From an uncultured beta proteobacterium (GTDB lineage Bacteria; Pseudomonadota; Gammaproteobacteria; Burkholderiales; Burkholderiaceae_C): a DNA stretch of 60,001 nucleotides. The position numbers were made by a program, and so were the translations under genes. Of the stretch, positions 9,374-18,076 are shown piece by piece (the first letter of the stretch is position 1; every line of letters begins with the position of its first letter). Under the pieces are notes generated by a model. That model saw only the letters and a program-made list of their open reading frames with translations, made no database searches and was not told the origin of the DNA. The stretch is taken from contig CAIWNX010000170.1 in the NCBI GenBank assembly GCA_903914175.1, positions 1-60,001 on the forward strand, in the 5' to 3' direction.

Positions 9374-12300
9374 ATGGCTTCTGCAAAATCAGCTTCAGTC
9401 CGTACGCCGCAGACCGCGCGCGCCGCCCAGACCGGTCGTTCCCAAGCGGCGCGCCGGGCTGCGCTCAGGCGCGTTGAGCCTTCGCTGCCGCAACCGAACC
9501 AGCCGTTTTTCGGCGCGCACCACAAGTACTACTGGCTGTTTGCGGTCTCCGGTTTTTCCGGGCTGATTTACGAGTCGATCTGGACCCACTACCTCAAGCT
9601 CTTTCTGGGCCACGCCGCCTACGCGCAAAGCCTGGTGCTGGGCATCTTCATGGGTGGCATGGCGCTGGGCGCCTGGCTCTGTGGCCGCATGTCGCAGCGC
9701 TGGCGCAATCTGTTGCTGGGCTACGCCATCGTCGAAGGCGTCGTCGGCGTGCTGGCGCTGGCGTTTCATCCAATCTTTGTTGCGACGGTCGATCTGACGC
9801 TGAACCAGTTGATTCCGCATCTGGGCTCCGCAGCGCAGATCACGGCGGCGAAATGGAGCATTGGCGCACTGCTGATCCTGCCGCAATCGGTGCTGCTGGG
9901 AATGACCTTTCCTTTGATGAGCGCGGGCCTGATCCGGCGCTTTCCAGAGCAGCCGGGTCAGCGCGTTGCAACGCTGTACTTTGCCAACAGCCTGGGCGGC
10001 GCGCTGGGCGTGCTGGGCTCGGGTTTCTGGCTAATCCGGCTCCTGGGTCTGCCGGGCACGGTGGCATTGGCGGGCGGCCTCAACATCGCGCTGGCCTTGA
10101 CGGTTGCCGCGCTGGCACGCGCCAGCCGCGAGCCTGAATTTCAGAGCACAGCGCCGGCACCGGCTGCGAACGACGCCGGTGTGTCACTGGCGCTGCTGTT
10201 GCTGGTGGCGGCCTTGACCGGTGTCTCGTCCTTCATGTACGAGATCGGCTGGATCCGCATGCTCAGCCTGGTCTTGGGCAGTTCCACCCACGCCTTTGAG
10301 CTGATGCTGTTCGCTTTCATTCTGGGGCTGGCGCTGGGCGGGCTCTGGGTGCGTCGGCGCATTGATGGCATCGCCTCGCCCACTGCGTTTCTGGGTTGGG
10401 TGCAAGTGTTGATGGGCGCATCGGCCCTGGCGACGCTGCCGCTCTACAACCTGAGCTTCGATGCGATGCAGGCGCTGCTGCCCATGCTGCCCAAAACTCT
10501 GGCTGGCTACACCGAATTCAATCTGCTCAGCCAGAGCATCGCCGCTGTGATCATGCTGCCGGCGGCACTGTGCGCCGGCATGACGCTGCCGCTCATCACC
10601 TACGCGTTGCTGCGCTCGGGTGCGGGTGAGCGCAGCATCGGTCTGGTCTATGGCGCCAATACCGTGGGCGCCATCATCGGTGTGTTTTTTGCCGTGCACA
10701 TTGGCATGCCCTTGCTGGGTTTGAAGAACCTGATCGTGGTCGGTGCCGCATTGGACATCGCACTCGGTCTGCTTTTGCTGGCGACTTGCGCGCGGCGCAT
10801 CGGCTTGCGCCAACCGGCGTTTGCCAGCGTCAGTGCTGTGCTGTTGCTGGGCCTGTGCCTGACCCTGGTGGAGTTCGACCCGTATCGCATGGTCTCAGGC
10901 GTTTTTCGCGGTGCCGACTATCGCGTGCTCAGTGCGGACAAGGCCAAGCTGCTGTTCAACCGCGATGGCAAGACCGCCACCATCTCGATGCTGGAGACGG
11001 CAGACCGGGTGGTGCAAGTGCGCACCAACGGCAAGGCCGATGCCTCCATCAACCTTAGCGGCAGCGAGCGCTACCAGATCGACGAAGTAACCATGGTGCT
11101 CAGCGCCGCGCTGCCGATGCTGCTCAAGCCCGATGCACGCACGGTGGCCAACGTCGGTATGGGCTCGGGCCTGACGACGCAAGTGCTGCTCGCCAACCCC
11201 GCATTGCAACGCGTCGACACCATCGAAATCGAGGAGCAGATGGTGGCGGCAGCACGGGGTTTTTGGCCGCGCAACCGTCTGGCTTTTGAGGACCCGCGCA
11301 GCGTCATCACGATCGAGGACGCCAAGACCTTTTTCTCGAACCGGCAGCAGCGCTTTGACATCATCGTGTCGGAGCCTTCCAACCCCTGGGTCAGCGGTGT
11401 ATCGAGCCTGTTCTCGCGCGAATTTCACCAGCTTGCGCGCGGCTATCTCAAGCCCGACGGTGTCATGCTGCAGTGGCTTCAGCTTTACGAAATTGACGAG
11501 CCACTGGTGATGTCGGTGATCAAGTCGCTCGATGAAAACTTTGACGACTACGCCATCTATGGCGCCAACGCGGGCGACATCCTGATCGTGGCCAGCGCCG
11601 GCAAGCAGTTGCCGCAATTGCCGCTGGCGCTGCCGGCCACGCCGCAGCTGGCAGCCGAGCTCAAGCACGTCGGGATCGCGTCGCCACAGGACATCGCCGT
11701 GCGTCGGTTGGCGACCAAGAAAAGTCTGGCACCGTTGCTCAAAACCTATGCCATTGAAACCAACTCCGACTACCACCCGGTACTCGATCAAAACGCCAGT
11801 GCTGCGCGCTTCATCGGACAGGGCGCGAACAGCCTCATGAATCTGGCGGTGGAGCCACTGCCGCTGGTCGAAATGCTAAGCGGTGATCACGCGCCCTGGA
11901 CCCAGACGGCGGTGAGCGCCAACGGTCACTTGGCCCGGATGCACCCGGGCAGCGTGGCCGGCTTCTTGCGCGACCATTTGCTGGGCGTGCAGAGCACCGG
12001 GTTCTCGCCGGAGCAGCACGCGACGCTGGCGCGCCAGGTCAACGACATGCTGGCCCATTGCGCCCGGCCATCGGACGGTGACGCCGCTTTTGCCCTGATG
12101 CGCATCGGCGGACTGCTTGCGCCTTTCCTGCAGCCGCAGGAATTGCAGGCGCTGTGGCCCAAGGTGGAGGCCTTGCCTTGCGCGCAGGCCTTGGCCGGGG
12201 CGCAACGCGACTGGCTGGTGTTGCTGAAAGCGGTCGGGCAACGCGATGCGCTCGTGATGGCGCAAACGTCGTCACGTCTGTTTGCCAACCACGAAGACAA

Positions 12301-12475
12301 GACCGGCTTGCGCCGACGCTATCTGCTCTCGGCCGGCATGCTCGGTTACATCGCAGCCGGGCGTCCGATGCAGGCGCACGCCCTGTGGGATGCGCAGGCA
12401 TCAATGGCCCTGGAAAATATGGCGCCCTCGTTGATGCTGCGCATTCTGGCGGCGCATGCTGGCGTCCCGCTTTAG
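9374..12475 (+). CDS. Fused multi-TM membrane domain / spermidine-synthase-like SAM-dependent transferase
   Basis: Duplicated TM module (SGFSGLIYE..W / TGVSSFMYEIGW, LY.AN..G), then TNGKAD, VANVGMGSGLT, IEIE, EDAK and FDIIVSEPSNPW motifs. Confidence 0.85.
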   Translation: MASAKSASVRTPQTARAAQTGRSQAARRAALRRVEPSLPQPNQPFFGAHHKYYWLFAVSGFSGLIYESIWTHYLKLFLGHAAYAQSLVLGIFMGGMALGAWLCGRMSQRWRNLLLGYAIVEGVVGVLALAFHPIFVATVDLTLNQLIPHLGSAAQITAAKWSIGALLILPQSVLLGMTFPLMSAGLIRRFPEQPGQRVATLYFANSLGGALGVLGSGFWLIRLLGLPGTVALAGGLNIALALTVAALARASREPEFQSTAPAPAANDAGVSLALLLLVAALTGVSSFMYEIGWIRMLSLVLGSSTHAFELMLFAFILGLALGGLWVRRRIDGIASPTAFLGWVQVLMGASALATLPLYNLSFDAMQALLPMLPKTLAGYTEFNLLSQSIAAVIMLPAALCAGMTLPLITYALLRSGAGERSIGLVYGANTVGAIIGVFFAVHIGMPLLGLKNLIVVGAALDIALGLLLLATCARRIGLRQPAFASVSAVLLLGLCLTLVEFDPYRMVSGVFRGADYRVLSADKAKLLFNRDGKTATISMLETADRVVQVRTNGKADASINLSGSERYQIDEVTMVLSAALPMLLKPDARTVANVGMGSGLTTQVLLANPALQRVDTIEIEEQMVAAARGFWPRNRLAFEDPRSVITIEDAKTFFSNRQQRFDIIVSEPSNPWVSGVSSLFSREFHQLARGYLKPDGVMLQWLQLYEIDEPLVMSVIKSLDENFDDYAIYGANAGDILIVASAGKQLPQLPLALPATPQLAAELKHVGIASPQDIAVRRLATKKSLAPLLKTYAIETNSDYHPVLDQNASAARFIGQGANSLMNLAVEPLPLVEMLSGDHAPWTQTAVSANGHLARMHPGSVAGFLRDHLLGVQSTGFSPEQHATLARQVNDMLAHCARPSDGDAAFALMRIGGLLAPFLQPQELQALWPKVEALPCAQALAGAQRDWLVLLKAVGQRDALVMAQTSSRLFANHEDKTGLRRRYLLSAGMLGYIAAGRPMQAHALWDAQASMALENMAPSLMLRILAAHAGVPL

Positions 12476-12507
12476 CGTAGCGCGGCGGTCCATGAATTCA
12501 AACTACC

Positions 12508-12647
12508 TGGATTGCGGATCAGGTCCGCAATGACAAATTCAGTTGTCATGCCAGGCCCCTTGGTTGTCATCCCGGGCCCGACCCGGGATCCATGCCTTAT
12601 GACAGCGCCACGCGAATTATGGATTGCGGGTCGCGACCCGCAATAAC
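12508..12647. repeat. Cluster of REP-like palindromic repeats between convergent genes
   Basis: TGGATTGCGGATCAGGTCCGCAATGACA; inverted-orientation TGTCATCCCGGGCCCGACCCGGGATCCA; TGGATTGCGGGTCGCGACCCGCAATAAC. Confidence 0.75.
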
Positions 12648-12658
12648 GCGCTATCGGT

Positions 12659-14815
12659 TCAGGGCAGGTTGACCCAGATACCGGTCGTGGGTGCGACCGA
12701 GCCGGCCGGTGCCGTTGGCAAGGTCGCAAAGTCCAGCAGTTTGTTGCTGCTGAGGTAGCCAGCCAGTTCATTGCTGTTGACCAGACTCGGGGCCCAGAAG
12801 TACCAACTTTGTTTGGCTGCATCCCAGGCCCACAGGCTGGTCAGGTTCAAAGCGAGCCCGGCGATTTGCCCGGGCGAGGGCGGTGCTGAAAGCAGCGAGG
12901 CGATGGCGCTGTTGAATTGGCTCGGGCTTGGGGTGTCGCCGGTTGCGATCAGACTCCAGCCGTGGCTTAGCGCATGCGTTCCGCCCGCCACGGCAATCGC
13001 TGCCGGTTTGAAACTCGATGACTGAACCGCCGTGCCCGGCAGCAGAGGCTTGGTGAAGGCGGTCTTGGCATTGACCCAGAAACCTTCACCGGCATTGATG
13101 GTGCTGAGATAGTCGTAACCCTGCGCTGCGGCAAACGCCTGGCCACCATCGGCCTGCGCTGGATCATGGAAAGCCCAGTTCGGATAGGTGACGCCTGCTT
13201 GTGCCCCGCTCGTCATCCACTTCCAGATGGCCGTGACCTTGGTCGCATCACCGAAAGTGGCGCTGACGGAAATGGGCGCTTCCAGACCGTTGCCCAGAAG
13301 ATTCCAGCCCGCCACCAGGTTCAGGTTCGGCGCCAGAACTGCACTCTGGGGTGTCGCCGCAGCGGAGGCCGACGAGGCAGCGCCAAAGCCAACGCCATTG
13401 GCCGCGTTCACTGTGAATGTGTAGCTGACGCCATTGTTCAGCCCCGTGACCGTAATGGGGCTGGTCTGCCCGATCTCGGTGTTGCCACCCGGATTCGCGG
13501 TGACGGCGTAATGGGTGATCGCGCTGCCGCCGTTATCGACTGGGGGCGTAAATGAAATCGTCGCCTGTGCGTTGCCTGCAAGTGCCGTACTGACTGTCGG
13601 CGTGCCCGGGACCGAGGTGCCGACGCCGACAACCCCAAAACTGCCGTCCAGTACCCCGTTGCTGCTGTAGCGCATGAGGGCGATGACGGTGCTGCTGCCG
13701 TTGTCGATCGAGCCCGTCACCAGAATCCGGCCATCGGCCAGGACGGCGACGCCCTGGCCGGTCAGCGCGTTGTTCGCTGTGACGCCTGCTGTGCCGAATC
13801 CCGCATCCACACTACCGTCTGCGTTGTAACGCGACAGGCTGCCTGGGCCCGGCAGGCTGCCCAGCCGCAACGGGGCAATCCCGGCGGCTGCCAGGAACTT
13901 GCCGTCGAGCTGCGCTGCGACATCGTTGACCAGTCGATAAGCCGCAACCGGAACCGCGCCACTGCTGATGAGCACGCCCGCGTTGCCAAAACTGGTATCC
14001 AGACTGCCGTTGCTGTTGTAGCGAACGAAGGCGGTGTCGTAGGTGCTGCGCCCGGCCAGTGCATAACCCGAGACCAGTATCCGCCCGCCCGATTGCGGCG
14101 CGAGGTCGTGCGCCTGCATCATGATGCTGCTGGCGTCGCTTGCATTGATGCCGATGGCGGTCGTGACCTTGCCATTGGTGCCAAAGCCGAGATCGGCGCT
14201 GCCGTCGGTGTTGAAGCGCAACACACCGGCGTCGCCCGCCACCACCAGTTTGCCGTCGGTCTGGACCATGACGCTGTAGGCCGCTCCGCCGGTGGCAACC
14301 GCAGCGCCAGCGCCAAAGCTGAGGTCGGCGCTGCCGTCACTGTTGTAGCGCAGCAGGCCGGTGCTACCGGCCACCACAATCTTGCCATCGCCCTGCAGCG
14401 CGATATTGTTGCCCGGACCGGCACTGGCGGTGACGACACCGCTGCTGCCGAAAGTGCTGTCCGTGCTGCCGTCGCTGTTGTAACGCAGCAATCCGCTGCC
14501 GCCGGCCAGCACAATCTTGCCATCAAGCTGCAGCGCCAGACTGTTGCCAGGACCCCCATGGCTGAGCACGACACCGCCGTTGCCGAATGTGGCATCCAGA
14601 CTGCCATCGCTGTTGTAGCGCAGCAGGGCCACCGAGAGAATCCGGTTCAGGCCGCTGCCCGAGAGCGCGTAACCCGCCACCAGCGGTTTGCCATCGGCCT
14701 GAATTGCAATCTTGTTGCCCACACCACCGAGACCGGTCACGGTGCTCGTCGCCAGTGCTGCTAGCGGCAGCAGCAGTCCCAATACGGTGAAGAGGCGGTT
14801 GAGGTGTAAACGCAT
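12659..14815 (-). CDS. Secreted delta-60 repeat (beta-propeller) protein with FN3 domain and C-terminal GWNL-type domain
   Basis: ATG at 14815 with GGAG RBS and signal peptide. Repeated Q.DGK.V.AG...L.RYN.DGS.D..FG..G.V units; FN3 (PGTPT...AGNAQATISFTPPVDNGGSAIT.Y); duplicated GW(N/S)L...WKW/WAW...G.WVN tail. Confidence 0.85.
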   Translation of the reverse strand: MRLHLNRLFTVLGLLLPLAALATSTVTGLGGVGNKIAIQADGKPLVAGYALSGSGLNRILSVALLRYNSDGSLDATFGNGGVVLSHGGPGNSLALQLDGKIVLAGGSGLLRYNSDGSTDSTFGSSGVVTASAGPGNNIALQGDGKIVVAGSTGLLRYNSDGSADLSFGAGAAVATGGAAYSVMVQTDGKLVVAGDAGVLRFNTDGSADLGFGTNGKVTTAIGINASDASSIMMQAHDLAPQSGGRILVSGYALAGRSTYDTAFVRYNSNGSLDTSFGNAGVLISSGAVPVAAYRLVNDVAAQLDGKFLAAAGIAPLRLGSLPGPGSLSRYNADGSVDAGFGTAGVTANNALTGQGVAVLADGRILVTGSIDNGSSTVIALMRYSSNGVLDGSFGVVGVGTSVPGTPTVSTALAGNAQATISFTPPVDNGGSAITHYAVTANPGGNTEIGQTSPITVTGLNNGVSYTFTVNAANGVGFGAASSASAAATPQSAVLAPNLNLVAGWNLLGNGLEAPISVSATFGDATKVTAIWKWMTSGAQAGVTYPNWAFHDPAQADGGQAFAAAQGYDYLSTINAGEGFWVNAKTAFTKPLLPGTAVQSSSFKPAAIAVAGGTHALSHGWSLIATGDTPSPSQFNSAIASLLSAPPSPGQIAGLALNLTSLWAWDAAKQSWYFWAPSLVNSNELAGYLSSNKLLDFATLPTAPAGSVAPTTGIWVNLP

Positions 14816-15156
14816 GGCGGCTCCGATACAAAGGTGAAGATGACATCGCGGCGGCATTTGATTGACGCGCGCGTGCGGCGATGTTGGCAACGAGTATTGC
14901 CCCGCTCACTGATCACGGGAATACAGGAAGCTGCCCATTGGCCAGCGTGATGGACTGTAGAAAGGGGGATGACTGCCAACTGCTTCAGCAGGCTTTGTGG
15001 CGCAGGTCTTGGTTCGCCCGGCCTTCGATTCCCCGTAAATGGGGGCCGAAATTGGGTGCTTGGTACCTGCTTACCCCCGCTATTGGTTGCGCGAAATTGT
15101 TGCTGCCGAGTGAATTGCCCCGCAACGTGGGGATTTGACCCAGCCCCGCTCTGCGC

Positions 15157-15172
15157 TGGCACGCTTAGTGCT
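15157..15172 (+). promoter_or_regulatory. Putative sigma-54 promoter of paralog 2
   Basis: TGGCACGCTTAGTGCT with correct GG/GC spacing. Confidence 0.6.
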
Positions 15173-15184
15173 GTTTACGTTGAA

Positions 15185-17896
15185 ATGAAAACACAAACAG
15201 TCCGCCGTCTGGCCCACTCAGGCAGCCGCCAGTTTCGCTGGCTGGCAAGCCTGGCGCTGTTATGCGCACTCAATGCGCTGGCAGCCAACGGCGTGCCGGG
15301 TGTGTTTCCGGCAGCACCGCTGGTGCTTGCCGCGCCGGTGTCGCCGCAGTTCGACATCACCGGCTTTATTCAGGAGGCCACGCTTGATCGCACTGGCGCC
15401 ATCTGCAATGCCAGCGATGCGCGCCTGGCCGGTGGCACGCTGCGGGTTAATGACATTGCCGTGGTGGTGCCCTGCAACACCGTGCTGCAGATGCCGGCGG
15501 CAACACTGACCTGGCAGGAGCTCTTCAGCCTGGCGCCGCGTGACATTGGCCTGCCACTGGGCTCCAATGGCATCCCGACGCAGACCGGCCTGGCCTTGAA
15601 GGACAGTGTGACGATGCCGCTGACCCAGGTCTACAGCAACGGCCTGTTGCCCTCGTACGAGATCCATGTGCAGGGCAACATCGTGGGCGGTCGCTACATC
15701 GCCGGGCTGATCTTCATCTCGCAGCAAAACCTCAACCTCGGGCAAGGAACCATCACCAGCATTGACTACGACAACGGTGAACTTCGGATTGCCAGCGCGG
15801 GTCCGACGGCCAGTGTGGCGCGCATCCGGATCAACGATCCACTGGGCCGCTTCGGTCTGTCCCATGGCGGCCCGGGCAGCGCGGCCGCGCTGATCGAGCC
15901 GACCTATGACCCGCGCTTTTCGGTCGATGCTGAGAGTGCAACGATTCACGCCGCCACTGGTTTTCCGATGTGCATCCCGCGCAGCAATCCGTTCATCGAT
16001 GCTGACGATCCGCTGTGTCCGCAGGCCAATCGTCCGCGTGCGCCCGACTGTGCTTCGCTGACCGTTCCGTTTCCCGCCTTCGCCATGCCGCTTGCTGGCC
16101 AGTACTGCACCAGTTTCATGATGCCGCCGCCGCCCACCAACAGCTGCACGCCAGGGCAGGGCATCACCTGTGCGCCGGACGCGACGCGCCAGGCGCCGTT
16201 TGAGGTGGGTGACTTTATTGATTTTCTGGGCACGCTCAAGTACGACTCCAGGGGCGCCTACATTTCGGCCCACACCATCGTCAACCACGTCGGCATTTAT
16301 ACCTACCCGGGTGTCATGCCGGCGTACATGAGCATTGAAATGGAGTTGCAGGGTACGGCCGCATTGCCGGTGGCGAATCTTCCGCAGGAGACCACCTCGC
16401 GCGTGAAGATCGAAGGCTTCAGCACCGACCCGAGCAGCCTGGTCGACATCTATGCGCTTGACCTCAATCCGGTGACCGGCGAGATCAGTGAACGCCTGAT
16501 CGGCATCGCCAGCCCGGTCGGGCCACCTGTCATCGGGCGCTTTCGCTTCAAGCCTGCAGCCGGCGCCTTCATGCCGCCGGTGCGCGAGTTTCGTGTCGTC
16601 TCGCGCACCCTGTGCGGCGGTAATCCGAATCTGCCATGCCGCATGCCGAGTGCGCCCCAGAGCTACGCCAACGGGCTGATCGCCGGGCAGTACCATGCGC
16701 CCAATTTCGAATTCATTTTTCCTGAAAATCTGAACCTCGGCGACGCCATCGTGCCAGCCAATTTTCAGGACTTCGTGTTCCTGTTTTGCGGCTCGGGCCC
16801 GTTGACAACACCGACCGCCGGCAGCGCGCCGCCGATCGTGGGCCAACTCGACCCCGGCCCTTGGGGCGCGCCGACACCAGACCCGATGTTCGCCCTGACG
16901 CTGTGTCCAGCAGCCAAGCGCGTCGATGGCAGCACGCGCAGCGCGACAACGCTGGCGCCGCTGGCCAATGCCGTTGCAACACCGACCAGCGTGGCTGCCG
17001 GGCAGACCGTCAAACTCAGTGCAGCGGGCAGCAGCGACCCGAATACGCCGGCCCGGCCGCTGAGCTACCTCTGGACCCAGACCGGCGGCCCGGCCGTGCA
17101 GTTGACGGGCGCCACCACAGCGAGCGCGAGTTTCAAGGCGCCCAACGTCACGACAGCGGCGGTCCTGAGCTTCACGCTGGCGGTTAGCAATACGGTGCCC
17201 CTGACTTCGATTGCGAAGCTGACCGTTAACACCAACCCGGCAGCGACGCCGCCCAGCGCCACATTCAGCGCGCCGGCCAGTGCCATCGCCGGCAGCATCG
17301 TGACGCTGGTCGGCACCGTATCGAGCGGCGCCACGTTCAAGTGGACGCAGAGCGCCGGCCCACTGGTTGCGCTGTTTGCCGCGACCACCTTGGCGCCCAA
17401 CTTCACCGCACCCAAGGGACCCACCAGTGTGAGCTTTGTGCTGACGGCGACGAACAAGGCCGGCGCCAGCGCCACGGCGACGCGCACCATTGCCATCGCG
17501 GCCGATGCCGTGGCGATAACACCGGTGAGTTGGGACAACCGACAGGGCAAGGGCAAGCTGAGCGTGGTCGCGACTTCGAGCGCTATCAAGAGCGCAACGC
17601 CACCGACCGGGATGACGATGACCATGAGCTACTGGAACAAGGACATCGCCAGCGGGCGCCCGGGCAGCGCCACCAATCCGATCTCCACAGCGATGAACAT
17701 GGTCAAAGATGTGCCGGGGCAGCCGCCGGTTTGCGGCAATGCCTTGCCTTGTTTTGTTGCGTCCCCATCGAGCGTGATTGGCACCAGCAGCAGCACCTCG
17801 ACGCTGCCGGTGTTTGTCGCGCCAACCAGCGTCATGGTGAAGTCATCGCTCGGTGGCACGGCCACGGTGAGTGGCGCCGCGATTGTCGTGCGCTGA
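15185..17896 (+). CDS. Secreted Cys/Pro-rich protein of unknown function with PKD/REJ-like domains (paralog 2)
   Basis: Signal-like N-terminus (LALLCALNALA); same conserved core as 6221 and 21597; SYLWTQTGGPAVQL and FKWTQSAGP Ig-like repeats. Start codon uncertain. Confidence 0.85.
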   Translation: MKTQTVRRLAHSGSRQFRWLASLALLCALNALAANGVPGVFPAAPLVLAAPVSPQFDITGFIQEATLDRTGAICNASDARLAGGTLRVNDIAVVVPCNTVLQMPAATLTWQELFSLAPRDIGLPLGSNGIPTQTGLALKDSVTMPLTQVYSNGLLPSYEIHVQGNIVGGRYIAGLIFISQQNLNLGQGTITSIDYDNGELRIASAGPTASVARIRINDPLGRFGLSHGGPGSAAALIEPTYDPRFSVDAESATIHAATGFPMCIPRSNPFIDADDPLCPQANRPRAPDCASLTVPFPAFAMPLAGQYCTSFMMPPPPTNSCTPGQGITCAPDATRQAPFEVGDFIDFLGTLKYDSRGAYISAHTIVNHVGIYTYPGVMPAYMSIEMELQGTAALPVANLPQETTSRVKIEGFSTDPSSLVDIYALDLNPVTGEISERLIGIASPVGPPVIGRFRFKPAAGAFMPPVREFRVVSRTLCGGNPNLPCRMPSAPQSYANGLIAGQYHAPNFEFIFPENLNLGDAIVPANFQDFVFLFCGSGPLTTPTAGSAPPIVGQLDPGPWGAPTPDPMFALTLCPAAKRVDGSTRSATTLAPLANAVATPTSVAAGQTVKLSAAGSSDPNTPARPLSYLWTQTGGPAVQLTGATTASASFKAPNVTTAAVLSFTLAVSNTVPLTSIAKLTVNTNPAATPPSATFSAPASAIAGSIVTLVGTVSSGATFKWTQSAGPLVALFAATTLAPNFTAPKGPTSVSFVLTATNKAGASATATRTIAIAADAVAITPVSWDNRQGKGKLSVVATSSAIKSATPPTGMTMTMSYWNKDIASGRPGSATNPISTAMNMVKDVPGQPPVCGNALPCFVASPSSVIGTSSSTSTLPVFVAPTSVMVKSSLGGTATVSGAAIVVR

Positions 17897-18076
17897 ACGG
17901 CACTTTGCGCCGCCGCATGGCAACCCGTTTAGGTAGGGAATTTACCCAGTCGCAACGCGGGTTTTGCCCCGCTGCCTGGCGCGGATGGCGATGCTAATCT
18001 TGAGCCGTTGCGCGCGGGCTTGTTTTGACCTTGCCGGTGGCGCCTGCCTGATTCCATCCAAGGAGCGTATTGAACA

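Noticed and set aside
14885-14903. Sigma-54-like TGGCAACGAGTATTGC near the delta-60 gene
   Set aside because: GG-to-GC spacing is one base too long on both strands.
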